Below, in pieces: positions 1 to 8,506 of a stretch of DNA of 64,000 nt. The position numbers and the translations under genes were made by a program. Under the pieces are notes generated by a model that saw only the letters and a program-made list of their open reading frames with translations, searched no databases and had not been told where the DNA came from. Source of the DNA: an uncultured Clostridia bacterium (GTDB lineage: Bacteria; Bacillota; Dehalobacteriia; UBA4068); NCBI GenBank assembly GCA_944390945.1, contig CALXRV010000066.1, positions 262 to 64,261 of the forward strand, written 5' to 3'. Positions within the stretch are counted from its first letter, which is position 1. Every line of letters begins with the position of its first letter.

Positions 1-534
1 ATTTCTATGGCGATCGTCATCACCGCGGCGGCCGCTTTCTATGGTACCGGCGCATCGATCACCAATGGTGCTGATATGGCGGTTCAGCTTAAACCGATTC
101 TGGGATCTTGGGCCACGGCAGCTTTTGGCATTGGCCTGTTTGCCGCAGGGATGACTTCAACGATCACCGCACCTTTGGCCGCAGCATTTGCTTCTACAGG
201 CGTACTTGGTTGGGGCGAGGATATGAGCAAAGGCCGGTTTAAGGCGATCTGGGCTATCGTGATTGCTTTCGGTTTTGTTGCTACGCTTACGCTCGGCGCA
301 TCTCCCACGGAGATCATCCTTTTTGCGCAGGCTGCCAATGCTTTCTTGCTGCCGATCAGTGCGATACTGCTGATGGTGGTCACCAGCGACAACAAGTTTA
401 TGGATGGGCATGGCAACAGCAAGTTTATGTTGATTTTAGGGATTATTGTTGTTGCCGTTACGCTCGTTATTGCCTTCAAAAATATTACTGGATTTATGGA
501 AAGTTTGAGCAGCCTGATTGCTGCGCATCAATAA
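1..534 (+). CDS. mntH: Nramp-family divalent metal transporter, C-terminal part (5' end outside window)
   Basis: Frame is open from nt 1 (track ORF 7..534). Polytopic hydrophobic sequence GIGLFAAGMTSTITAPLAAAF...FAQAANAFLLPISAILLM is typical of the C-terminal helices of Nramp/MntH. Confidence 0.75.
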   Translation: MSMAIVITAAAAFYGTGASITNGADMAVQLKPILGSWATAAFGIGLFAAGMTSTITAPLAAAFASTGVLGWGEDMSKGRFKAIWAIVIAFGFVATLTLGASPTEIILFAQAANAFLLPISAILLMVVTSDNKFMDGHGNSKFMLILGIIVVAVTLVIAFKNITGFMESLSSLIAAHQ

Positions 535-569
535 GTCCTTTTGAACAGGGCGAGAAAGCCTGTGTTTGT

Positions 570-597
570 TATGCCCCGCAGAAAACTGCGGGGCATA
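570..597 (+). terminator. Hairpin after the Nramp gene (weak U-tract)
   Basis: Perfect 12-bp stem TATGCCCCGCAG/CTGCGGGGCATA with AAAA loop, 36 nt after the stop. It is followed only by ACTTTG, so terminator function is uncertain. Confidence 0.45.
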
Positions 598-646
598 ACT
601 TTGTCTGATAAGAGAATTCGGATGCGGATGGGTATTGGATAAGGTC

Positions 647-674
647 TTGCATTCCGGATGACTAATGTTATACT
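647..674 (+). promoter_or_regulatory. Sigma-A type promoter of the Frd-like operon
   Basis: TTGCAT (647-652), 16-nt spacer, TGtTATACT extended -10 (666-674), about 50 nt upstream of the ATG at 725. Confidence 0.55.
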
Positions 675-724
675 GTGACTAAGAGATGTGCTCCTGCTGG
701 GGAAAGAAAGGTAAAGGTGAGCGG

Positions 725-2422
725 ATGCAATGCTTTTCAGTTGATGTGCTCGTTATTGGCGGTGGCGCGGCCGGCATGATGGCGGCATATGAGGCGAGTA
801 AACATAGCGTCAGCGTAGCACTGGTATCCAAAGGAAGATTGGAACGCAGCGGTTGCACTGTTCTGGCTCCCGGAGCGATTGCCGGGGCCGGCAGTTGGCG
901 GCAGCCAGGGGATAGCCCGGATATCCATTTTCGCGATACGGTAGAAGGAGGGGCTTATCTCAACGAGCAAAGCCTAGTCCGGCTGCTGGTGGAACATACG
1001 CCGGCATTGATTTTGGAATTGGAGCAGATTGGCGCTTTATGGCAGCGGGAAGCAGACGGGGAAACCTACAGCCTGCGTATCGATGGTGGCCATAGTTACC
1101 CCCGTTGTCCTTTCCTGGAAGACCGTACCGGCCGTGAAATGATGCGTTGTTTGCATGGTGTTTTACGCAAGCGCCATGTCCAGGTCTGGGAAGATATCAT
1201 GATCACGCGTCTGCTATTGGCAGATGACCGTATTGCCGGGGCGGTAGGATATGATTTGGCTCATGGCAGTATGGTGTTGCTTCGGGCAAAATCCGTCATT
1301 CTTGCATGCGGCGGCGCCGGAGTGGTGTATCAGAATACGAGCAACCCGACGGATGTGACGGGAGATGGATTTGCTTTGGCGCTGGCAGCCGGGGCTGCTT
1401 TGATGGATATGGAGTTTGTACAGTTTTATCCGCTGGGGTTTTTATTTCCGGATTCGTTACGCGGTGCTTTGGCAGGATTGCTGTATTATGTACATTTGCG
1501 CAATAAAAACGGCGAGCGTTTTATGCTGCGCTATGATCCGGAACGGGCGGAGTTGTCCACGCGGGATCGAGTGGCGCGTGCGATTTGCAATGAAGTGCGT
1601 GAAGGCCGTGGCGGTCCACGCGGCGGCGTATATATCGATATGACGCATCATGAGCCTGGCTACATCGCCCGCATGCAGCCTTCTCTGACGGAATCTTATC
1701 AGAAACAGGGGTTAGACCCAGAAAAAGACTGGTTGGAAGTCGCACCTAGCTGTCATTTCTTTATGGGTGGGGTGAAGGTGGACAGAAACTGGGCCAGCAC
1801 GGTAAATGGTCTGTTTATTGCAGGTGAGACCGGAGCCGGCGTGCAGGGGGCAAACCGACTTAGTCAGAATGCATTGTCGGAACTGCTGGTTTCCGGACAT
1901 TTTGCCGGTCTCGCTGCGGCGCAGTCCGCATCTGGAAACGAGCAGGCGGCATTTGACCCTGCTGTTGTTCAGCAGGAGGAAAGCATGGTGGCCCGGCTGC
2001 TTGCTCGCCGCGAGGGCGTGGCTCCTGGTGTATTGCGCCAACGCCTGCGCACTTTGATGTGGGAGCATGCTGGCGTTTATCGCAATGAGCATGGTCTGCT
2101 GCAAGCGCAGGAAGAAATAGCCGGGTTGCGTAGGCAGTTGGAGCAGCAATGTTTAGTACAGAAAGATCCCGCTTGGAATTCTGAATTACGGGAGGCGCTG
2201 GAAAATTATTTTCTGGTTGATACGGCTGCTTGCATTGTGAAAAGCGCTTTACTGCGCAAGGAAAGCAGAGGTGCGCATTTTCGCGAGGATTACCCGCAGA
2301 CAGATCAGAAAAACTGGCTGCAGCATGTGATCCTGCAGAAAAAGGGAGATTCATTAACCGCCGGGTTTGCCCCCGTCGATCTTTGTGAGATCAAGCCGGA
2401 AGGAGCGTGCGAATTGGCATGA
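725..2422 (+). CDS. FAD flavoprotein of the fumarate reductase/succinate dehydrogenase/L-aspartate oxidase superfamily (divergent)
   Basis: Start trimmed to MQCFSVDVLVIGGGAAG (SD AAAGGTGAG). Motifs HFFMGG, STRDRVAR and ESRGAHFREDYP are present. The HPT motif reads YPL and the His-FAD site reads RSGC (see findings). Confidence 0.85.
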   Translation: MQCFSVDVLVIGGGAAGMMAAYEASKHSVSVALVSKGRLERSGCTVLAPGAIAGAGSWRQPGDSPDIHFRDTVEGGAYLNEQSLVRLLVEHTPALILELEQIGALWQREADGETYSLRIDGGHSYPRCPFLEDRTGREMMRCLHGVLRKRHVQVWEDIMITRLLLADDRIAGAVGYDLAHGSMVLLRAKSVILACGGAGVVYQNTSNPTDVTGDGFALALAAGAALMDMEFVQFYPLGFLFPDSLRGALAGLLYYVHLRNKNGERFMLRYDPERAELSTRDRVARAICNEVREGRGGPRGGVYIDMTHHEPGYIARMQPSLTESYQKQGLDPEKDWLEVAPSCHFFMGGVKVDRNWASTVNGLFIAGETGAGVQGANRLSQNALSELLVSGHFAGLAAAQSASGNEQAAFDPAVVQQEESMVARLLARREGVAPGVLRQRLRTLMWEHAGVYRNEHGLLQAQEEIAGLRRQLEQQCLVQKDPAWNSELREALENYFLVDTAACIVKSALLRKESRGAHFREDYPQTDQKNWLQHVILQKKGDSLTAGFAPVDLCEIKPEGACELA

Positions 2423-3102
2423 CCAAGGGTACTGTGACGATCAGACGTTTTGACCCGGCGCGCGACAGTGCACCGTATTGGCAGACGTTTAGCTTTACTT
2501 TCCAGCCGGGGATGACTGTGCTTGACGTGCTGCTGGAGATCTATCAACAGCAGGATGCTACGCTGAGTTTCCAATATTGCTGCCGCAATGGACATTGTGG
2601 TCTTTGCGGCGTGATGATCAATGGAAGACCCGGCATGATTTGCCGTGAGACAGCAAGCGCGGAAATGCGCTTGGAGCCCTTGGCTAACTTGCCGGTACTG
2701 CGTGATTTGACGGTGGATCGCAGTGAGCAAGACCTGCGTAAACAGGATCTGCGCCTGTTCCTCGACCGCGCAGAGCCATACCGGGGAGAAAGCGCAGAGC
2801 GTATCGATATGGAGGCCTTCGCGCGTTTCAAGCGGGCAGCACGTTGTATGGAATGTTTTTGTTGCGTCGCTGTCTGCCCGGTCTTTACCGCCCGGCCGCA
2901 TGATTTTATCGGCCCGGCTGCATTCACCCAGCTTGCTCGCCATTTTTTTGACCCGCGTGATGAGGGGCGTCGCAAACTGACCGCGTTGACAAACGGATTG
3001 ACGGCATGCATTCGTTGCGGCAAATGCACAGATGTATGCCCGCATGATGCGATGCCGATGGAAAATATTATCGCTATGCAGGAAATGGCAGCAAAGGAGT
3101 AG
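2419..3102 (+). CDS. SdhB/FrdB-like iron-sulfur subunit
   Basis: ATGA overlap with the upstream stop. Cys motifs: CRNGHCGLCGVMINGRPGMIC (CX4CX2CX11C, 2Fe-2S type), CMECFCCVAVCP and CIRCGKCTDVCP. Confidence 0.85.
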   Translation: MTKGTVTIRRFDPARDSAPYWQTFSFTFQPGMTVLDVLLEIYQQQDATLSFQYCCRNGHCGLCGVMINGRPGMICRETASAEMRLEPLANLPVLRDLTVDRSEQDLRKQDLRLFLDRAEPYRGESAERIDMEAFARFKRAARCMECFCCVAVCPVFTARPHDFIGPAAFTQLARHFFDPRDEGRRKLTALTNGLTACIRCGKCTDVCPHDAMPMENIIAMQEMAAKE

Positions 3103-3107
3103 CCTCT

Positions 3108-4013
3108 ATGTTGACGGTCATTTTATGTGCAATCGTATTCATTGGCACCTATGCGTTGCTGGTCACGATCCGCGATATGGTGGCGCACCGCGAAGAGATT
3201 CGCAATGCACCAGGACGGCTGCCGCTGCAACTGCTGAATTCATTTGTTATTTATTTCCTGGCTGCTTTTGGCATCAGCGATTTTGCGCTTTGCACAGTAA
3301 TCTACAGTAAAACCGGTTGGTCTACGACACGAGATTTGCCCGGCACGTTGAATACGCAGGGTTTGGTCGCGTTGATGATCATGTCGCTGACGTATATTAC
3401 CAGCATTGAGATCGCGTTGCCAACCTTATTGCTCTTTTTTTGCACGCAAACGATCGGCTCCTACCTTGGACCGCGCGTTTCCATGCGCCTACGGCTTTCT
3501 ACGCTGAAATATGCGATGTCAGCCGGTTTATTGATGGCAGGATTGTTTATTCTTGCGAGTAAGCTAGGCTGGATCGCAGGGGTTGGCACAGCAACTGCGC
3601 TGCATGGATGGAAGCTGGCTGCCCTGGGGTTGCTTGGTCTAGCCTTAGGTGTTTTTAAGGCGATGGGCATTGGCTCTTACCCATTGACGATGGCATTCGT
3701 TTATATTTCCGGTTTATCGCCACTTGTTACCTATCCGCTGATGATGGGTGCTTCCGCGCTTTCTAATCCTGTGGCGGTATTGCAATTTGTCAAGCTGGGT
3801 ACATATTCTAGGCGTATCGCATTGTGCAGTTTTACCGCAGGCGCGGCAGGTGCGCTGATTGCGGTTTCCGCTGTTAAGAATATGAATGTGGCTAGTTTGC
3901 AGTGGGTCGTGTTGTTGGTTGTTTTATTTGCTAGCTTTGATATGTTCCGTACGGCACGCAAGCAACGGCGCATGGAGACGCTGGAGCAGACGGAGGAGAT
4001 AAAGCCGGTATGA
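3108..4013 (+). CDS. Polytopic membrane protein, TSUP (TauE/SafE)-like; family assignment tentative
   Basis: SD AAAGGAG lies upstream. 301 aa with about 8 hydrophobic segments, Gly-rich helices and almost no His. Coupled to neighbours (5-nt gap upstream, ATGA overlap downstream). Confidence 0.6.
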   Translation: MLTVILCAIVFIGTYALLVTIRDMVAHREEIRNAPGRLPLQLLNSFVIYFLAAFGISDFALCTVIYSKTGWSTTRDLPGTLNTQGLVALMIMSLTYITSIEIALPTLLLFFCTQTIGSYLGPRVSMRLRLSTLKYAMSAGLLMAGLFILASKLGWIAGVGTATALHGWKLAALGLLGLALGVFKAMGIGSYPLTMAFVYISGLSPLVTYPLMMGASALSNPVAVLQFVKLGTYSRRIALCSFTAGAAGALIAVSAVKNMNVASLQWVVLLVVLFASFDMFRTARKQRRMETLEQTEEIKPV

Positions 4014-4324
4014 AGGATAACTTATCCATGCTGCTTTTCCTTTATTTGGCAGGGATCAATTTGGCCACAGGAATCCTGTTTGGCTTTGATAAATATCAGG
4101 CCCGGCGTGGCGGAAGAAGGATTCCGGAAGCGCGCTTGATGGTGCTGGCTGCCTGCGGTGGCAGCCCTGCTGCCTGGTTGGCTATGCACTTGTTTCATCA
4201 TAAAACGCGGCATAAAAAATTCTCTGTCGGTATTCCGCTGATTTTGCTTGTGCAATGTGTTTTGGCGTTGCTGTGCCATTTCGTTTTTATTGATAACTTG
4301 ACAATCGGTCAGCTAATGATATAA
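4010..4324 (+). CDS. DUF1294 family membrane protein
   Basis: FDKYQARRGGRRIPEARLMVLAACGGSPAAWLAMHLFHHKTRHKKF matches the conserved DUF1294 core. ATGA overlap with the upstream gene. Confidence 0.8.
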   Translation: MKDNLSMLLFLYLAGINLATGILFGFDKYQARRGGRRIPEARLMVLAACGGSPAAWLAMHLFHHKTRHKKFSVGIPLILLVQCVLALLCHFVFIDNLTIGQLMI

Positions 4325-4362
4325 TGATATATATTCTCTTTACGCGTTCAAGGAGTGGTTAT

Positions 4363-4734
4363 GTGGGCAGGTTTGTCATTCGTTCTGTTTTACATGGGTT
4401 TTGTTTTGAGCTTTTGGCAGGGAATTATGAGCCGATCGCTTCTTCTGGGACATATTCATCTGAGATGGCCTGCCGGAAAGGGATTGACAGCGTGATCAAG
4501 AACGCTCTAGCCGCACGCGTGGAGGATCAAACAAAAGAGCAATTTCAATCACAAAAAAACCCAAAATTTGAGATCTATTTTGATACCAGCCATGCTTTTC
4601 GTTTCCGGCTGAAAGCTAAGAATGGTGAGGTGATTGCGGTTTCTGAACCCTATAAAGCGAAAGCAAGCTGCATTAACGGGATCAAAAGTGTAATTCGTAA
4701 CTGCCGCGGCGCGGAGATCGTTCGTCGTGATTAA
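4363..4734 (+). CDS. YegP/UPF0339 (DUF1508) family protein, two repeats
   Basis: GTG start 7 nt after AAGGAG. Two DUF1508-like repeats: GRFVIRS..FCFELLAGNYEPIASSGTYSS..ACRKGIDSV and KFEIYFD..FRFRLKAKNGEVIAVSEPYKAKASCINGIKSV. Confidence 0.7.
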   Translation: MGRFVIRSVLHGFCFELLAGNYEPIASSGTYSSEMACRKGIDSVIKNALAARVEDQTKEQFQSQKNPKFEIYFDTSHAFRFRLKAKNGEVIAVSEPYKAKASCINGIKSVIRNCRGAEIVRRD

Positions 4735-4768
4735 GCAGACTGTGGCGAGATAGCTTATCAATGAATAT

Positions 4769-4804
4769 GGATGGGCTTTTAGATGAGCCCGTCCTTTTCT
4801 TTTT
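4769..4804 (+). terminator. Rho-independent terminator
   Basis: Stem GGATGGGCT/AGCCCGTCC (one G-U pair) followed by TTTTCTTTTT. Confidence 0.8.
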
Positions 4805-4829
4805 ACACAGGGATTGTTTTGATTCCAGT

Positions 4830-4858
4830 TTGACAGGAGCGCAGCAGCACTATATAAT
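4830..4858 (+). promoter_or_regulatory. Consensus sigma-A promoter of the fumarase/malic enzyme unit
   Basis: TTGACA (4830-4835), 17-nt spacer, TATAAT (4853-4858). Confidence 0.75.
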
Positions 4859-4939
4859 TAAATCTGGTGTTGCGGACAGGCAGGTATCTGTCTTTGGCAA
4901 TCAAATCTGCTACTGTTGTGTTCGGTAAAAGGAGAAGAT

Positions 4940-5779
4940 ATGAGAGCAATCCATGTGGATGAGATCCGTGCGGCTGTGCGCAAGTTATGCATTGATGCAA
5001 ATTTGTATTTGCCGTCAGATGTAACCGCAGCTTTAGAGAATTTATCGAAAAAGGAAAACAGCCCGCTGACAGAAATGTGCCTGACGCAGTTCCGTGCCAA
5101 CCGCGAGGTGGCAGCTGCTGAAGGGTTGGCGCTTTGCCAGGATACCGGAACGGCGGTCGTTTTTATCGAGCTGGGGCAGGAAGTGCAGATCTGCGGTGGA
5201 TTGTTGACGGATGCGGTACAGCAGGGCGTTGCGGATGGGTATCGCGATGGCTACTTGCGTAAGTCGATTGTTACGGCATTATCCCGTATCAATACAGAAG
5301 ATAACACGCCGGCAGTCATCCATTTGCGCCTGGTGGCGGGTGAACATTTGTTAATTCGGGTATTGCCGAAAGGCGGCGGTGCGGAGAACATGTCGCGTAT
5401 GGCAATGCTCAAGCCTTCGGCCGGTGTTGAGGGCGTCTGTGATTTTGTTGTTGATACGGTAAAGCTGGCCGGTGCAAATCCCTGCCCACCAGTCATTGTC
5501 GGCGTTGGCATTGGCGGCAACTTTGAAAGCGCGCCTATTTTGGCCAAGCAGGCTTTGATGCGCGAGATCGGCAGCCGGAACCCGGACCCGGAGCTGGATG
5601 AGCTGGAACAAAAATTATTGATGCGGATCAATCAGCTGAATATCGGCGTGCAGGGGTTTGGTGGACCGGATACCGCCTTGGCTGTTTTCCTGGAAAGCAT
5701 GCCTTGTCATTTTGCCAGCCTGCCAGTTGCAGTAAACCTAAATTGCCATGTAGCAAGACATCAACAGGTGATCTTATGA
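4940..5779 (+). CDS. Fe-S hydro-lyase, tartrate/fumarate subfamily alpha subunit (class I fumarate hydratase N-terminal type)
   Basis: Start MRAIHVDEIR follows AAAGGAGAAG. ALCQDTGTAVVF Cys-ligand motif and GGGAENMS are present. Confidence 0.85.
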   Translation: MRAIHVDEIRAAVRKLCIDANLYLPSDVTAALENLSKKENSPLTEMCLTQFRANREVAAAEGLALCQDTGTAVVFIELGQEVQICGGLLTDAVQQGVADGYRDGYLRKSIVTALSRINTEDNTPAVIHLRLVAGEHLLIRVLPKGGGAENMSRMAMLKPSAGVEGVCDFVVDTVKLAGANPCPPVIVGVGIGGNFESAPILAKQALMREIGSRNPDPELDELEQKLLMRINQLNIGVQGFGGPDTALAVFLESMPCHFASLPVAVNLNCHVARHQQVIL

Positions 5780-6324
5780 GAGAACATATTTTACAATGGC
5801 CGGAGGATGCCGGCAAGCTGGATGCTTTGCATAGCGGCGATATCGTTTATCTGAGCGGTACGATCTATACTGCACGCGATGCGGCGCACCGCCGTTTCGT
5901 TTCTCTGCTGCAGGCAGGGGAGGGAACGCCGGTTGATCTGCGCGACAGTGCGATTTTTTACGCAGGCCCTTCGCCGTGTCTTCCGGGGCATGTTTGCGGC
6001 AGTATTGGGCCTACGACATCCAGCCGCATGGAAATATATAAAGAGGATATGATGAAGGCGGGCATGAAGCTGATGATCGGCAAAGGCTCTTCCGACCCGG
6101 GATTGCCTGCTTTATGCCAGCGTTACGGCGCGGCTTATCTGGTTGCCATGGGAGGTGTCGCGGCATTGACCGCGCATTGTATCCGTTCAATGGAAACCGT
6201 CGCCTGGCCTGAGCTGGGCGCGGAAGCAGTACGCCGTCTGACCGTAGAGCGTTTGCCGCTGGTGGTAATTGATGATATTTATGGCAACGATTATTTTATC
6301 GATCTAGCACAGAAGTGTGAGTAG
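5776..6324 (+). CDS. Fe-S hydro-lyase, tartrate/fumarate subfamily beta subunit
   Basis: ATGA overlap with the alpha stop. Contains GDIVYLSGTIYTARDAAHRR and SIGPTTSSRME. Confidence 0.85.
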   Translation: MREHILQWPEDAGKLDALHSGDIVYLSGTIYTARDAAHRRFVSLLQAGEGTPVDLRDSAIFYAGPSPCLPGHVCGSIGPTTSSRMEIYKEDMMKAGMKLMIGKGSSDPGLPALCQRYGAAYLVAMGGVAALTAHCIRSMETVAWPELGAEAVRRLTVERLPLVVIDDIYGNDYFIDLAQKCE

Positions 6325-6334
6325 GAGGATGAAG

Positions 6335-7507
6335 ATGGACATCAAGGAAAAAGCACTGCAGATGCATGAGCAATGGCATGGTAAGATTGAGATAAAACCG
6401 CGCTGCCAGGTGAAAGATGCGGCTGATCTGACCCTTGCTTATACTCCTGGCGTGGCGGAACCCTGCTTGAAAATTGCAGCAGACCCGGCGCTAAGCTTTG
6501 TTTATACGCGCCGTTGGAACAGTGTGGCTGTGGTCAGCGACGGCACGGCAGTCCTGGGCCTGGGGGATATCGGCCCAGCTGCGGCCATGCCTGTGATGGA
6601 AGGAAAATGTGTTCTTTTCAAAAGCTTTGCAGATGTTGACGCGGTTCCACTTGTCCTTGCCAGCAAAGATGTTGATGAGATCGTTCGTACGGTTGAGCTG
6701 CTCGCCCCTAGCTTTGGCGGGATCAACCTGGAAGATATCGCCGCTCCTCGCTGCTTTGAGATTGAGCGCCGTTTGAAGCAGTCCTGCGGTATTCCGGTTT
6801 TTCATGACGATCAGCATGGTACGGCAATCGTTGTGCTGGCTGCGCTGGTTAATGCGCTGAAGATTACCGGGAAGCAGAAGGATTCCTTGCGCGTGGCAAT
6901 CTGTGGTGGTGGTGCGGCGGCTTGTGCGATCGCGCGGCTGTTGCTCAGCTATGGTGTTGGCTCGATCACGATGTGCGATATTGATGGAGCGATTTACCGC
7001 GGCCGTCCGGGGCTGAATCCGGATCTGGCAGAATTGGCAGAGCAGACCAACCCTCAGCAAATCAAGGGTGGATTGCGTGATATCGTGCGCGGCGCGGATG
7101 TATTCATCGGGGTTTCCGTCGCAAATCTGCTGCATGCGGAAGATGTGCGGACGATGGCCCCAGACCCGATCATTTTTGCCATGGCTAACCCGGTTCCGGA
7201 GATCATGCCGGACGAAGCAAAACAAGGCGGTGCATCGGTGATTGGCAGCGGCCGCAGCGATTTCCCGAATCAGATTAACAATGTATTGGCTTTTCCAGGC
7301 GTATTCCGTGGTGCGCTTGATGTACGGGCCTCACAGATCAACGAGGAGATGAAATTAGCGGCGGCATATGCATTGGCCGGCTTAGTCAGTGCGGAAGAAC
7401 TGCAGGCGGGAACGATACTGCCGCGCGCTTTTGACCCGGCGGTGGCGCCGACAGTGGCTGCTGCTGTGGCGGAAGCTGCGCGTACAAGTGGCGTTGCACA
7501 AATCTAA
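6335..7507 (+). CDS. NAD(P)-dependent malic enzyme (short form, no PTA domain)
   Basis: AGGAGG at 6323-6328. Contains VFHDDQHGTAIVVLAALVNAL, GGGAAACAIARLL and FAMANPVPEI. The start could instead be 6329. Confidence 0.85.
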   Translation: MDIKEKALQMHEQWHGKIEIKPRCQVKDAADLTLAYTPGVAEPCLKIAADPALSFVYTRRWNSVAVVSDGTAVLGLGDIGPAAAMPVMEGKCVLFKSFADVDAVPLVLASKDVDEIVRTVELLAPSFGGINLEDIAAPRCFEIERRLKQSCGIPVFHDDQHGTAIVVLAALVNALKITGKQKDSLRVAICGGGAAACAIARLLLSYGVGSITMCDIDGAIYRGRPGLNPDLAELAEQTNPQQIKGGLRDIVRGADVFIGVSVANLLHAEDVRTMAPDPIIFAMANPVPEIMPDEAKQGGASVIGSGRSDFPNQINNVLAFPGVFRGALDVRASQINEEMKLAAAYALAGLVSAEELQAGTILPRAFDPAVAPTVAAAVAEAARTSGVAQI

Positions 7508-7980
7508 TGGAAGTTTGGCGTATGGCACAGATCGAGCAAATGCTTTTGGATGCCTGGAATAACCGGGTGCTGATCTCTGTGATCGTAGGGTGGGTATCTG
7601 CCCAGATGATCAAGGTACTGATTCATCTGTTTGTCAACCGCAGGTGGAGTTGGGAGCGTCTGTTTGGTGCGGGGGGAATGCCCAGCTCCCATGCGGCTAC
7701 AGTCTGCGCGTTGGCGGTATCTTCTCTGCTGGCCTATGGTGCGGATTCCTTTGCCTTTACCGTCAGCTTTGTGCTTGCCGTTGTCGTGCTGCATGACGCG
7801 CGAGGCGTCAGGCTGGAAACCGGTCGGCAGGCACAGATTTTGAACGTGATCCTCAGGGAATGGAAGCTGGAGCATAATCCATTTTCAGACACGATCCTGA
7901 AAGAACTGGTTGGCCACACGCCGTTGCAGGTGTTTGTCGGCGGTTGTATCGGGGTCATTGCTGGGGTGTTAATCCATTGA
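7507..7980 (+). CDS. Divergent PAP2 / DUF212 (YuiD-like) membrane protein
   Basis: TAATG overlap with the malic enzyme stop. Contains GGMPSSHAATVCAL and HDARGVR. Alternative start at 7522. Confidence 0.7.
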   Translation: MEVWRMAQIEQMLLDAWNNRVLISVIVGWVSAQMIKVLIHLFVNRRWSWERLFGAGGMPSSHAATVCALAVSSLLAYGADSFAFTVSFVLAVVVLHDARGVRLETGRQAQILNVILREWKLEHNPFSDTILKELVGHTPLQVFVGGCIGVIAGVLIH

Positions 7981-7999
7981 GTGGGAGGATAGCAAGGGG

Positions 8000-8506
8000 A
8001 TGGAATACCATGCTCTGCACAAAAAGGCTGTCGCCTGCATGCGGTTAAGTGAAATCATTGGCTGGGGCGTGTTGCTGCTTATTTTGGGCGCAACACGCCT
8101 TGTCTTGCTGTTCAAGCATATCCTGCTACCGCTATGGCCGGATCTCTGTTTGCTTGGATTGGTGGCGTTTGCTGTTTTGTTCTGTCTGCTGGTTCCACCT
8201 GTGCGCTATCGCCGTTACCGCTACCATATCGATCCGGAACAGGTAGTAGTGGTGGAAGGATTATGGTTTATCAGCCGCAGTATTGCGCCGATGGAACGGA
8301 TTCACCAAATATCGGTGAAAAGCGGTCCGATCGACCGCCTTTATGGCCTGGCGCAAGTGGAAGCGGTTACGGCTGGCGGTAAGGTGACGATCCGTTTTCT
8401 GGAAAAACAGGTGGCGGATGAGATTACGGATTTTCTGCAGCAGCGTATTAAACATATTGTAACGGAGCAGGGCCAACAGGGAAGCGAGGTTGGTACGCAT
8501 GCGTGA
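8000..8506 (+). CDS. Membrane protein with one bacterial PH (bPH_2) domain, YdbS-like
   Basis: Two N-terminal TM helices, then RYRRYRY..EGLWFISRSIAPMERIHQISVKSGPIDRLYGLAQVEAVTAGG, typical of bPH_2. Confidence 0.65.
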   Translation: MEYHALHKKAVACMRLSEIIGWGVLLLILGATRLVLLFKHILLPLWPDLCLLGLVAFAVLFCLLVPPVRYRRYRYHIDPEQVVVVEGLWFISRSIAPMERIHQISVKSGPIDRLYGLAQVEAVTAGGKVTIRFLEKQVADEITDFLQQRIKHIVTEQGQQGSEVGTHA

